Positions 13,245-26,376 of a DNA stretch of 64,000 nt are shown one piece after another. Positions within the stretch are counted from its first letter, which is position 1, and every line of letters begins with the position of its first letter. The notes below the pieces were generated by a model, which worked only from the letters and a program-made list of their open reading frames with translations, was not told where the DNA came from and did no database searches. Source of the DNA: Antedon mediterranea (Eukaryota; Animalia; Echinodermata); the NCBI RefSeq assembly GCF_964355755.1, contig NC_092670.1:28198388-28262387 (forward strand). The letters are read 5' to 3'. The position numbers and the translations under genes are program-made.

Positions 13245-16200
13245 TTATGTTTACAAGTTTTTTCGAAAATCACAAAATGGTCTAAAACGTCGCCAAATGC
13301 GATTTGAAGCACTTTGGTGTTTTTATGGTAATTTATTTCGAAAATCACAAAATTGTCTAAAACATCTCCAAATGCGATTTTAAACTATTCTAAGCACTTT
13401 GGTGTTTTTATGTTAACAAGTTTTTTCGAAAATCACAAAATGGTCTAAAATGTCTCCAAATGTGATTTGAAGCTTTTCTAAGCACTTTGGTGTTTTTATG
13501 TTTACAAGTTTTTTCGAAAATCACAAAATGGTCTAAAACGTCTCCAAATGCGATTTGAAGCTATTCTAAGCACTTTTGTGTTTTTATGTTAACAAGTTTT
13601 TTCGAAAATCACAAAATGGTCGAAAATGTCACAAAATGCGATTTGAAGCTATTCTGTACACTTTGCTGTTTTGTGTGAATAATTTTTTTCGAAAATCACA
13701 AAATGGTCGAAAATGTCACAAAATGCGATTTTAAGCTATTCTAAGCACTTTGGTGTTTTTATGTTAACAAGTTTTTTCGAAAATCACAAAATGGTCTAAA
13801 ACGTCTCCAAATGCGATTTGAAGCTATTCTGTACACTTTGCTGTTTTGTGAGAATAATTTTTGTCGAAATGCTCAAAATGGTCAAAAACGTTTTTAAATA
13901 CGATATTAAGCTATTTTGTGCTCTTTGATGTTTTTGTGTGAAAAGTTTTATCGAAATGCTCAAAATGGTCTAAAACGGTTTCTAATGTGATTTTAAGCAC
14001 TTTGATGTTTTTATGTTAACAACTTTTTTAGAAAATTACAAAATGGTGTAAAACGTCTCCAAATGCGATTTGAAGCTATTCTAAGCAATTTGGTGTTTTT
14101 ATGTTAACAAGTTTTTTCGAAAATCACAAAATGGTCTAAAACGTCTCCAAATGCGATTTGAAGCTATTCTAAGCACTTTTGTGTTTTTATGTTAACAAGT
14201 TTTTTCGAAAATCACAAAATGGTCTAAAATGTCTCCAAATGCGATTTTAAGGTATTCTAAGCACTTTGGTGTTTTTATGTTAACAAGTTTTTTCGAAAAT
14301 CACAAAATGGTCTAAAACGTCTACAAATGCGATTTGAAGCTATTCTAAGCACTTTGGTGTTTTTATGTTAACAAGTTTTTTCGAAAATCACAAAATGGTA
14401 TAAAACGTCTCCAAATGCGATTTGAAGATTTTCTAAGCACTTTGGTGTTTTTATGTTTACAAGTTTTTTCGAAAATCACAAAATGGTCTAAAACGTCTCC
14501 AAATGCGATTTGAAGCTATTCTGTACACTTTGCTGTTTTGTGTGAATAATTTTGTCAAAATGCTCAAAATGGTCAAAAACGTTTTTAAATACTATATTAA
14601 GCTATTTTGTGTTCTTTGATGTTTTTGTGTGAAAAGTTTTATCGAAATGCTCAAAATGGTCTAAAACGGTTTCTAATGAAATGATTTTAAGAACTTTGAT
14701 GTTTTTATGTTAACAACTTTTTTAGAAAATCACAAAATGGTCTAAAACGTCTCCAAATGCGATTTGAAGCAATTCTAAGCACTTTGGTGTTTTTATGTTA
14801 ACAAGTTTTTTCGAAAATCACAAAATGGTATAAAACCTCTCCAAATGCGATTTTAAGGTATTCTAAGCACTTTGGTGTTTTTATGTTAACAAGTTTTTTC
14901 GAAAATCACAAAATGGTCTAAAACGTCTACAAATGCGATTTGAAGCTATTCTAAGCACTTTGGTGTTTTTATGTTAACAAGTTTTTTCGAAAATCACAAA
15001 ATGGTCTAAAACGTCTCCAAATGCGATTTGAAGCTATTCTGTACACTTTGCTGTTTTGTGTGAATAATTTTTGTCGAAATGCTCAAAATGGTCAAAAACG
15101 TTTTTAAAAACGATATTAAGCTATTTTGTGCTCTTTGATGTTTTTGTGTGAAAAGTTTTATCGAAATGCTCAAAATGGTCTAAAACGGTTTCTAATGTGA
15201 TTTTAAGCACTTTGATGTTTTTATGTTAACGAGTTTTTTCGAAAATCACAAAATGGTCTAAAATGTCTCCAAATGCGATTTCAAGCTATTCTTAGCACTT
15301 TGGTGTTTTTATGTTAACAACTTTTTTAGAAAATTACAAAATGGTCTAAAACGTCTCCAAATGCGATTTGAAGCAATTCTAAGCACTTTGGTGTTTTTTA
15401 TGTTAACAATTTTTTCGAAAATCACAAAATGGTCTAAAACGTCTCCAAAATGCGATTTGAAGCTATTCTAAGGACTTTGGTGTTTTTATGTTAACAAGTT
15501 TTTTCGAAAATCACAAAATGGTATAAAACGTCTCCAAATGCGATTTTAAGGTATTTTAAGCACTTTGATGTTTTTATGTTAACGAGTTTTTTCGAAAATC
15601 ACAAAATGGTCTAAAACGTCTCCAAATGCGATTTGAAGCTATTCTAAGCACTTTGGTGTTTTTATGTTAACAAGTTTTTTCGAAAATCACAAAATGGTAT
15701 AAAACGTTTCCAAATGCGATTTTAAGCTATTCTAAGCACTTTTGTGTTTTTATGTTAACAAGTTTTTTCGAAAATCACAAAATGGTCTAAAATGTCTCAA
15801 AATGCGATTTGAAGCTATTCTGTACACTTTGATGTTTTTATGTTAACAAGTTTTTCGAAAGTCACAAAATGGTCTAAAACGTCTCCAAATGCGATTTGAA
15901 GCTATTTTAAGCACTTTGGTGTTTTTGTGGAACCAAGTTTTTTCGAAAATCACAAAAGGGTCTATAATGTCTCAAAAAGCGATTTGAAGCTATTCTGTAC
16001 ACTTTGATGTTTTTATGTTAACAAGTTTTTTCGAAAATCACAAAATGGTCTAAAACGTCTCCAAATGCGATTTGAAGCTATTCTGTACACTTTGCTGTTT
16101 AGTGTGAATAATTTTTGTCAAAATGCTCAAAATGGTCAAAAACGTTTTTAAATACTATATTAAGCTATTTTGTGCTCTTTGATGTTTTTATGTTAACAAG

Positions 16201-19200
16201 TTTTTTCGAAAATCACAAAATGGTCTAAAACGTCTCCAAATGCGATTTGAAGCTATTCTAAGCACTTTGGTGTTTTTATGTTAACAAGTTTTTTCGAAAA
16301 TCACAAAATGGTCTAAAACGTCTTCAAATGCGATTTGAAGCTATTCTGTACACTTTGATGTTTTGTGTGAAAAGGTTTTATCGAAATGCTCAAAATGGTC
16401 TAAAACGGTTTCTAATGTGATTTTAAGCACTTTGATGTTTTTATGTTAACAACTTTTTTAGAAAATCACAAAATGGTCTAAAACGTCTCCAAATGCGATT
16501 TGAAGCAATTATAAGCACTTTGGTGTTTTTATGGTAACGAGTTATTTCGAAAATCACAAAATGGTCTAAAACGTCTCCAAATGCGATTTTAAGAAATTCT
16601 AAGCACTTTGGTGTTTTTATGTTAACAAGTTTTTTCGAAAATCACAAAATGGTCTAAAACGTCTCCAAATGCGATTTGAAGCTATTTTAAGCACTTTGGT
16701 GTTTTTGTGTAACCAAGTTTTTTCGAAAATCACAAAATGGTCTAAAACGTCTCCAAATTCGATTTGAAGCTATTCTGTACACTTTGCTGTTTTGTGTGAA
16801 TAATTTTTGTCGAAATGCTCAAAATTGTCAAAAACGTTTTAAATACGATATTAAGCTATTTTGTGCTCTTTGATGTTTTTGTGTGAAAAGTTTTATCGAA
16901 ATGCTCAAAATGGTCTAAAACGGTTTCTAATGTGATTTTAAGCACTTTGGTGTTTTTATGTTAACAAGTTTTTTCGAAAATCACAAAATGGTCTAAAACG
17001 TCTCCAAATGTGATTTGAAGCTATTCTAAACACTTTGGTGTTTTTATGTTAACAAGTTTTTTCGAAAATCACAAATTGGTCTAAAACGTCTCCAAATACG
17101 ATTTGAAGCTATTTTAAGCACTTTGGTGTTTTTGTGTAACCAAATTTTTTCGAAAATCACAAAAGGGTCTAAAATGTCTCAAAATGCGATTTGAAGCTAT
17201 TCTGTACACTTTGATGTTTTTATGTTAACAAGTTTTTTCGAAAGTCACAAAATTGTCTAAAACGTCTCCAAAATGCGATTTGAAGCTATTCTAAGCACTT
17301 TGGTGTTTTTATGTTAACAAGTTTTTTCGAAAATCACAAAATGGTATAAAACGTCTCCAAATGCGATTTTAAGGTATTTTAAGCACTTTGATGTTTTTAT
17401 GTTAACGAGTTTTTTCGAAAATCACAAAATGGTCTAAAACGTCTCCAAATGCGATTTGAAGCAATTATAAGCACTTTGGTGTTTTTATGGTAACGAGTTA
17501 TTTCGAAAATCACAAAATGGTCTAAAATGTCTCCAAATGCGATTTCAAGCTATTCTTAGCACTTTGGTGTTTTTATGTTAACAAGTTTTTTCGAAAATCA
17601 CAAAAGGGTCTAAAACGTCTCCAAATGCGATTTGAAGCTATTCTAAGCAATTTGGTGTTTTTGTGTAACCAAGTTTTTTCGAAAATCACAAAAGGGTCTA
17701 AAATGTCTCAAAATGCGATTTGAAGCTATTCTGTACACTTTGATGTTTTTATGTTAACAAGTTTTTTCGAAAGTCACAAAATGGTCTAAAACGTCTCCAA
17801 ATGCGATTTGAAGCTATTCTAAGCACTTTGGTGTTTTTATGTTAAGAAGTTTTTTCGAAAATCACAAAATGGTGTAAAACGTCTCCAAATGCGATTTGAA
17901 GCTATTCTAAGCACTTTGGTGTTTTTATGTTAACAAGTTTTTTCGAAAATCACAAAATGGTCTAAAACGTCTCCAAATGGGATTTGAAGCTATTTTAAGC
18001 ACTTTGGTGTTTTTGTGGAACCAAATTTTTTCGAAATTCACAAAAGGGTCTATAATGTCTCAAAAAGCGATTTGAAGCTATTCTGTACACTTTGATGTTT
18101 TTATGTTAACAAGTTTTTTCGAAAATCACAAAATGCTCTAAAACGTCTCCAAATGCGATTTGAAGCTATTCTAAGCACTTTGGTGTTTTTATGTTAACAA
18201 GTTTTTTCGAAAATCACAAAATGGTATAAAACGTCTCCAAATGCGATTTTAAGGTATTCTAAGCACTTTGGTGTTTTTATGTTAACAAGTTTTTTCGAAA
18301 ATCACAAAATGGTCTAAAACGTCTCCAAATGCGATTTGAAGCTATTCTGTACACTTTGCTGTTTTGTGTGAATAATTTTTGTTAAAATGCTCAAAATGGT
18401 CAAAAACGTTTTTAAATACTATATTAAGCTATTTTGTGTTCTTTGATGTTTTTGTGTGAAAAGTTTTATCGAAATGCTCAAAATGGTCTAAAACGGTTTC
18501 TAATGTGATTTTAAGCACTTTGGTGTTTTTATGTTAACAAGTTTTTTTCAAAAATCACAAAATGGTCTAAAACGTCTACAAATGTGATTTGAAGCTATTC
18601 TAAACACTTTGGTGTTTTTATGTTAACAAGTTTTTTCGAAAATCACAAATTGGTCTAAAACGTCTCCAAATGCGATTTGAAGCTATTTTAAGCACTTTGG
18701 TGTTTTTGTGTAACCAAGTTTTTTTCGAAAATCACAAAAGGGTCTAAAATGTCTCAAAATGCGATTTGAAGCTATTCTGTACACTTTGATGTTTTTATGT
18801 TAACACGTTTTTTCGAAAATCACAAAATGGTCTAAAACGTCTCCAAATGCGATTTGAAGCTATTCTAAGCACTTTGGTGTTTTTATGGTAATTTATTTCG
18901 AAAATCACAAAATGGTCTAAAATGTCTCCAAATGCGATTTGAAGCTTTTCTAAGCACTTTGGTGTTTTTATGTTTACAAGTTTTTTCGAAAATCACAAAA
19001 TGGTCTAAAACGGCTCCAAATGCGATTTGAAGCTATTCTAAGCACTTTGGTGTTTTTATGGTAATTTATTTCGAAAATCACAAAATGGTCTAAAATGTCT
19101 CCAAATGCGATTTGAAGCTTTTCTAAGCACTTTGGTGTTTTTATGTTTACAAGTTTTTTCGAAAATCACAAAATGGTCTAAAACGGCTCCAAATACGATT

Positions 19201-19209
19201 TGAAGCTAT

Positions 19210-22200
19210 TCTAAGCACTTTGGTGTTTTTATGTTAACAAGTTTTTTCGAAAATCACAAAATGGTCTAAAACGTCTCCAAATGTGATTTGAAGCTATTCT
19301 AAGCACTTTGGTGTTTTTATGTTAACAAGTTTTTTCGAAAATCACAAAATGGTGTAAAACGTCTTCAAATGCGATTTGAAGCTATTCTAAGCAATTTTGT
19401 GTTTTTATGTGAACAAGTTTTTTCGAAAATCACAAAATGGTCTAAAACGTCTCCAAATGCGATTTGAAGCTATTCTAAGCACTTTTGTGTTTTTATGTTA
19501 ACAAGTTTTTTCGAAAATCACAAAATGGTCTAAAATGTCTCCAAATGCGATTTGAAGCTTTTCTAAGCACTTTGGTGTTTTTATGTTTACAAGTTTTTTC
19601 GAAAATCAAAAAATGTCTATAATGTCTCAAAATGCGATTTGAAGCTATTCTGTACACTTTGATGTTTTTATGTTAACAAGTTTTTCGAAAATCACAAAAT
19701 GGTCTAAAACGTCTCCAAATGCGATTTGAAGCTATTCTGTACACTTTGCTGTTTTGTGTGAATAATTTTTGTCAAAATGCTCAAAATGGTCAAAAACGTT
19801 TTTAAATACTATTTTGTGTTCTTTGATGTTTTTGTGTGAAAAGTTTTATCGAAATACTCAAAATGGTCTAAAACGGTTTCTAATGTGATTTTAAGAACTT
19901 TGATGTTTTTATGTTAACAACTTTTTTAGAAAATCACAAAATGGTCTAAAACGTCTCCAAATGCGATTTGAAGCAATTCTAAGCACTTTGGTGTTTTTAT
20001 GTTAACAAGTTTTTTCGAAAATCACAAAATGGTCTAAAACGTCTCCAAATGCGATTTGAAGCTATTCTAAGCACTTTGGTGTTTTTATGTTAACAAGTTT
20101 TTTCGAAAATCACAAAATGGTCTAAAACGTCTCCAAATGCGATTTGAAGCTATTCTAAGCACTTTGGTGTTTTTATGTTAACAAGTTTTTTCGAAAATCA
20201 CAAAATGGTATAAAACGTTTCCAAATGCGATTTTAAGCTATTCTAAGCAATTTGGTGTTTTTATGTTAACAAGTTTTTTCGAAAATCACAAAATGGTCGA
20301 AAATGTCACAAAATGCGATTTGAAGCTATTCTAAGCACTTTGGTGTTTTTATGTTAACAAGTTTTTTTGAAAATCACAAAATGGTCTAAAATGTCTCAAA
20401 ATGCGATTTGAAGCTATTCTGTACACTTTGCTGTTTTGTGTGAAAAATTTTTTTCGAAAATCACAAAATGGTGTTAAACGTCTCCAAATGTGATTTGAAG
20501 CTATTCTAAGCACTTTGGTGTTTTTATGTTAACAAGTTTTTTCGAAAATCACAAAATGGTGTAAAACGTTTCCAAATGCGATTTTAAGCTATTCCAAGCA
20601 ATTTGGTGTTTTTATGTTAACAAGTTTTTTCGAAAATCACAAAATGGTCTAAAACGTCTCCAAATGCGATTTGAAGCTATTCTAAGCACTTTTGTGTTTT
20701 TATGTTAACAAGTTTTTTTCGAAAATCACACAATGGTATAAAACGTCTCCAAATGCGATTTTAAGCTATTCTAAGCAATTTGGTGTTTTTATGTTAACAA
20801 GTTTTTTCGAAAATCACAAAATGGTCGAAAATGTCACAAAATGCGATTTTAAGCTATTCTAAGCACTTTGGTGTTTTTATGTTAACAAGTTTTTTCGAAA
20901 ATCACAAAATGGTCTAAAACGTCTCCAAATGCGATTTGAAGCTATTCTGTACACTTTGCTGTTTTGTGTGAATAATTTTTGTCGAAATGCTCAAAATGGT
21001 CAAAAACGTTTTTAAATACGATATTAAGCTATTTTGTGCTCTTTGATGTTTTTGTGTGAAAAGTTTTATCGAAATGCTCAAAATGGTCTAAAACGGTTTC
21101 TAATGTGATTTTAAGCACTTTGGTGTTTTTATGTTAACAAGTTTTTTCGAAAATCACAAAATGGTCTAAAACGTCTCCAAATGTGATTTGAAGCTATTCT
21201 AAGCACTTTGGTGTTTTTATGTTAACAAGTTTTTTCGAAAATCACAAAATGGTGTAAAACGTCTTCAAATGCGATTTGAAGCTATTCTAAGCAATTATGT
21301 GTTTTTATGTGAACAAGTTTTTTCGAAAATCACAAAATGGTCTAAAACGTCTCCAAATGCGATTTGAAGCTATTCTAAGCACTTTTGTGTTTTTATGTTA
21401 ACAAGTTTTTTCGAAAATCACAAAATGGTCTAAAATGTCTCCAAATGCGATTTGAAGCTTTTCTAAGCACTTTGGTGTTTTTATGTTTACAAGTTTTTTC
21501 GAAAATCACAAAATGTCTATAATGTCTCAAAATGCGATTTGAAGCTATTCTGTACACTTTGATGTTTTTATGTTAACAAGTTTTTCGAAAATCACAAAAT
21601 GGTCTAAAACGTCTCCAAATGCGATTTGAAGCTATTCTGTACACTTTGCTGTTTTGTGTGAATAATTTTTGTCAAAATGCTCAAAATGGTCAAAAACGTT
21701 TTTAAATACTATTTTGTGTTCTTTGATGTTTTTGTGTGAAAAGTTTTATCGAAATACTCAAAATGGTCTAAAACGGTTTCTAATGTGATTTTAAGAACTT
21801 TGATGTTTTTATGTTAACAACTTTTTTAGAAAATCACAAAATGGTCTAAAACGTCTCCAAATGCGATTTGAAGCAATTCTAAGCACTTTGGTGTTTTTAT
21901 GTTAACAAGTTTTTTCGAAAATCACAAAATGGTCTAAAACGTCTCCAAATGCGATTTGAAGCTATTCTAAGCACTTTGGTGTTTTTATGTTAACAAGTTT
22001 TTTCGAAAATCACAAAATGGTCTAAAACGTCTCCAAATGCGATTTGAAGCTATTCTAAGCACTTTGGTGTTTTTATGTTAACAAGTTTTTTCGAAAATCA
22101 CAAAATGGTATAAAACGTTTCCAAATGCGATTTTAAGCTATTCTAAGCAATTTGGTGTTTTTATGTTAACAAGTTTTTTCGAAAATCACAAAATGGTCGA

Positions 22201-24990
22201 AAATGTCACAAAATGCGATTTGAAGCTATTCTAAGCACTTTGGTGTTTTTATGTTAACAAGTTTTTTTGAAAATCACAAAATGGTCTAAAATGTCTCAAA
22301 ATGCGATTTGAAGCTATTCTGTACACTTTGCTGTTTTGTGTGAATAATTTTTTTCGAAAATCACAAAATGGTGTTAAACGTCTCCAAATGTGATTTGAAG
22401 CTATTCTAAGCACTTTGGTGTTTTTATGTTAACAAGTTTTTTCGAAAATCACAAAATGGTGTAAAACGTTTCCAAATGCGATTTTAAGCTATTCCAAGCA
22501 ATTTGGTGTTTTTATGTTAACAAGTTTTTTCGAAAATCACAAAATGGTCTAAAACGTCTCCAAATGCGATTTGAAGCTATTCTAAGCACTTTTGTGTTTT
22601 TATGTTAACAAGTTTTTTTCGAAAATCACACAATGGTATAAAACGTCTCCAAATGCGATTTTAAGCTATTCTAAGCAATTTGGTGTTTTTATGTTAACAA
22701 GTTTTTTCGAAAATCACAAAATGGTCGAAAATGTCACAAAATGCGATTTTAAGCTATTCTAAGCACTTTGGTGTTTTTATGTTAACAAGTTTTTTCGAAA
22801 ATCACAAAATGGTCTAAAACGTCTCCAAATGCGATTTGAAGCTATTCTGTACACTTTGCTGTTTTGTGTGAATAATTTTTGTCGAAATGCTCAAAATGGT
22901 CAAAAACGTTTTTAAATACGATATTAAGCTATTTTGTGCTCTTTGATGTTTTTGTGTGAAAAGTTTTATCGAAATGCTCAAAATGGTCTAAAACGGTTTC
23001 TAATGTGATTTTAAGCACTTTGGTGTTTTTATGTTAACAAGTTTTTTCGAAAATCACAAAATGGTCTAAAACGTCTCCAAATGTGATTTGAAGCTATTCT
23101 AAGCACTTTGGTGTTTTTATGTTAACAAGTTTTTTCGAAAATCACAAAATGGTGTAAAACGTCTTCAAATGCGATTTGAAGCTATTCTAAGCAATTATGT
23201 GTTTTTATGTGAACAAGTTTTTTCGAAAATCACAAAATGGTCTAAAACGTCTCCAAATGCGATTTGAAGCTATTCTAAGCACTTTTGTGTTTTTATGTTA
23301 ACAAGTTTTTTCGAAAATCACAAAATGGTCTAAAATGTCTCCAAATGCGATTTGAAGCTTTTCTAAGCACTTTGGTGTTTTTATGTTTACAAGTTTTTTC
23401 GAAAATCACAAAATGTCTATAATGTCTCAAAATGCGATTTGAAGCTATTCTGTACACTTTGATGTTTTTATGTTAACAAGTTTTTCGAAAATCACAAAAT
23501 GGTCTAAAACGTCTCCAAATGCGATTTGAAGCTATTCTGTACACTTTGCTGTTTTGTGTGAATAATTTTTGTCAAATTGCTCAAAATGGTCAAAAACGTT
23601 TTTAAATACTATTTTGTGTTCTTTGATGTTTTTGTGTGAAAAGTTTTATCGAAATACTCAAAATGGTCTAAAACGGTTTCTAATGTGATTTTAAGAACTT
23701 TGATGTTTTTATGTTAACAACTTTTTTAGAAAATCACAAAATGGTCTAAAACGTCTCCAAATGCGATTTGAAGCAATTCTAAGCACTTTGGTGTTTTTAT
23801 GTTAACAAGTTTTTTCGAAAATCACAAAATGGTCTAAAACGTCTCCAAATGCGATTTGAAGCTATTCTAAGCACTTTGGTGTTTTTATGTTAACAAGTTT
23901 TTTCGAAAATCACAAAATGGTCTAAAACGTCTCCAAATGCGATTTGAAGCTATTCTAAGCACTTTGGTGTTTTTATGTTAACAAGTTTTTTCGAAAATCA
24001 CAAAATGGTATAAAACGTTTCCAAATGCGATTTTAAGCTATTCTAAGCAATTTGGTGTTTTTATGTTAACAAGTTTTTTCGAAAATCACAAAATGGTCGA
24101 AAATGTCACAAAATGCGATTTGAAGCTATTCTAAGCACTTTGGTGTTTTTATGTTAACAAGTTTTTTTGAAAATCACAAAATGGTCTAAAATGTCTCAAA
24201 ATGCGATTTGAAGCTATTCTGTACACTTTGCTGTTTTGTGTGAATAATTTTTTTCGAAAATCACAAAATGGTGTTAAACGTCTCCAAATGTGATTTAAAG
24301 CTATTCTAAGCACTTTGGTGTTTTTATGTTAACAAGTTTTTTCGAAAATCACAAAATGGTGTAAAACGTTTCCAAATGCGATTTTAAGCTATTCCAAGCA
24401 ATTTGGTGTTTTTATGTTAACAAGTTTTTTCGAAAATCACAAAATGGTCTAAAACGTCTCCAAATGCGATTTGAAGCTATTCTAAGCACTTTTGTGTTTT
24501 TATGTTAACAAGTTTTTTTCGAAAATCACACAATGGTATAAAACGTCTCCAAATGCGATTTTAAGCTATTCTAAGCAATTTGGTGTTTTTATGTTAACAA
24601 GTTTTTTCGAAAATCACAAAATGGTCGAAAATGTCACAAAATGCGATTTTAAGCTATTCTAAGCACTTTGGTGTTTTTATTTTAACAAGTTTTTTCGAAA
24701 ATCACAAAATGGTCTAAAACGTCTCCAAATGCGATTTGAAGCTATTCTGTACACTTTGCTGTTTTGTGTGAATAATTTTTGTCGAAATGCTCAAAATGGT
24801 CAAAAACGTTTTTAAATACGATATTAAGCTATTTTGTGCTCTTTGATGTTTTTGTGTGAAAAGTTTTATCGAAATGCTCAAAATGGTCTAAAACGGTTTC
24901 TAATGTGATTTTAAGCACTTTGGTGTTTTTATGTTAACAAGTTTTTTCGAAAATCACAAAATGGTCTAAAACGTCTCCAAATGTGATTTG
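19210..24990 (+). repeat. Three tandem copies of a 1900-bp higher-order satellite unit
   Basis: aaatgtctat at 19611/21511/23411; gtcttcaaat at 19361/21261/23161; attccaagca at 20591/22491/24391. Confidence 0.92.
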
Positions 24991-25319
24991 AAGCTATTCT
25001 AAACACTTTGGTGTTTTTATGTTAACAAGTTTTTTCGAAAATCACAAATTGGTCTAAAACGTCTCCAAATGCGATTTGAAGCTATTTTAAGCACTTTGGT
25101 GTTTTTGTGTAACCAAGTTTTTTCGAAAATCACAAAAGGGTCTAAAATGTCTCAAAATGCGATTTGAAGCTATTCTGTACACTTTGATGTTTTTATGTTA
25201 ACAAGTTTTTTCGAAAGTCACAAAATGGTCTAAAACGTCTCCAAATGCGATTTGAAGCTATTCTAAGCACTTTGGTGTTTTTATGTTAACAAGTTTTTTC
25301 GAAAATCACAAAATGGTGT

Positions 25320-25752
25320 TGTAGCAGACCTACCACATAGCTTTTAAACAATTCAACATTTACTTTTAATTTGATTATTTATACATCCTCTATATATCTC
25401 TTTACCTCACATTGACAGGTTACCTTCCTGTTACCTTCACTTTTCTAGCTAATGGATTTTAAGAATGTTAATGACTCTAACAGAAAACCACATTAATTCT
25501 CTTAATCCTAATTGGTCAGATGAGATGGGCCAAGCCCAATATTACCATGCACTGACCACATTATTAACACACTCTTTTCTCAACCAGCATCTTAGCTACA
25601 CCGTTTATTGCTCTGTCTTATCAAATATTGTATATTGTATATTTTATCTATTTATTGAGAATCCTCACTTGATTCACTTGGAATAAATTGCATAGTTTAC
25701 TGTATATATTTAGTAGTTGTTTTGTTTTACCGTTGCGCCGACAATTACTAAA
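25320..25752 (+). repeat. 5' LTR of element A copy 1 (433 bp)
   Basis: TGTAG...ACTAAA; matches the 3' LTR apart from a 5-bp deletion near 25404 and C>T at 25707; AATAAA at 25682. Confidence 0.95.
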
Positions 25753-25753
25753 G

Positions 25754-25766
25754 TGGTGACCCCGAC
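25754..25766 (+). promoter_or_regulatory. Primer-binding site, tRNA-Trp
   Basis: TGGTGACCCCGAC 1 nt after the LTR equals the first 13 nt of the canonical tRNA-Trp PBS (TGGTGACCCCGACGTGAT). Confidence 0.9.
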
Positions 25767-25878
25767 TAAGGAAGCATAGAACTAAAGTGGTGACACCCGA
25801 CTAAAGAAGCATGGAACTGAGAGTGTCATTCATCCATACTAAAGTGGTGTCCCTCGACTTTCTTATACCGTCGTTTAA

Positions 25879-26286
25879 ATGGAAGGACAACAGCAACAAC
25901 GACAGCTACCGCAACCTCCAGCACAACCCCAGCACCAGGAACAACCTGTGGTGCCCGCTTCTGACGCAGCAACCGTCAACAGGCCAATTTCTTCTCTAGC
26001 ATTGAAACTGCTTCCATACTGGCCCAATGATACGATATTGTGGTTCACCCAAGTCGAAGCACAGTTCACAATGCGTGGGATCACAGCAGATGCTACTAAA
26101 TATGCTTACTTAGTAGAATCATCGCAACCTGAAATTGCGCAGGGAGTTCGGGATCTATTTCTCACCCCGCCTACTGATAACAGGTATGTGAACTTCAAAG
26201 ATACTTTAATACGTCGGACAACTGCTTCCGACCAACAGCGCCTCCGCCAACTCTTCTCACCCATCCGCAGCCAGATGCACCTTTAA
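25879..26286 (+). pseudogene. gag: Truncated Gag N-terminus, fused out of frame to pol remnant
   Basis: LKLLPYWPNDTILWFTQVEAQF..RGIT...TKYAYLV resembles the Gag N-terminus of this Gypsy group; homology stops near 26256 (RLRQL). Confidence 0.8.
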
Positions 26287-26376
26287 GTATCATGGTTTCG
26301 GATGTGGCCATAGGGGGTATACTACAACAAACGCATTGACAACAATTGTCAACCTATTTCATTTTTCTCACAGAAG

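Larger units (their letters stand above)
2915..25319 (+). repeat. 88-bp tandem satellite array, block 1
   Basis: Consensus gaaaatcacaaaatggtctaaaacgtctccaaatgcgatttgaagctattctaagcactttggtgtttttatgttaacaagttttttc; period 88 (e.g. 3241 to 3329), with 87- and 78-bp variants. Confidence 0.98.

Noticed and set aside
25465-25686. 73-aa ORF present four times
   Set aside because: Lies wholly within LTR A; the repetition reflects LTR copies.
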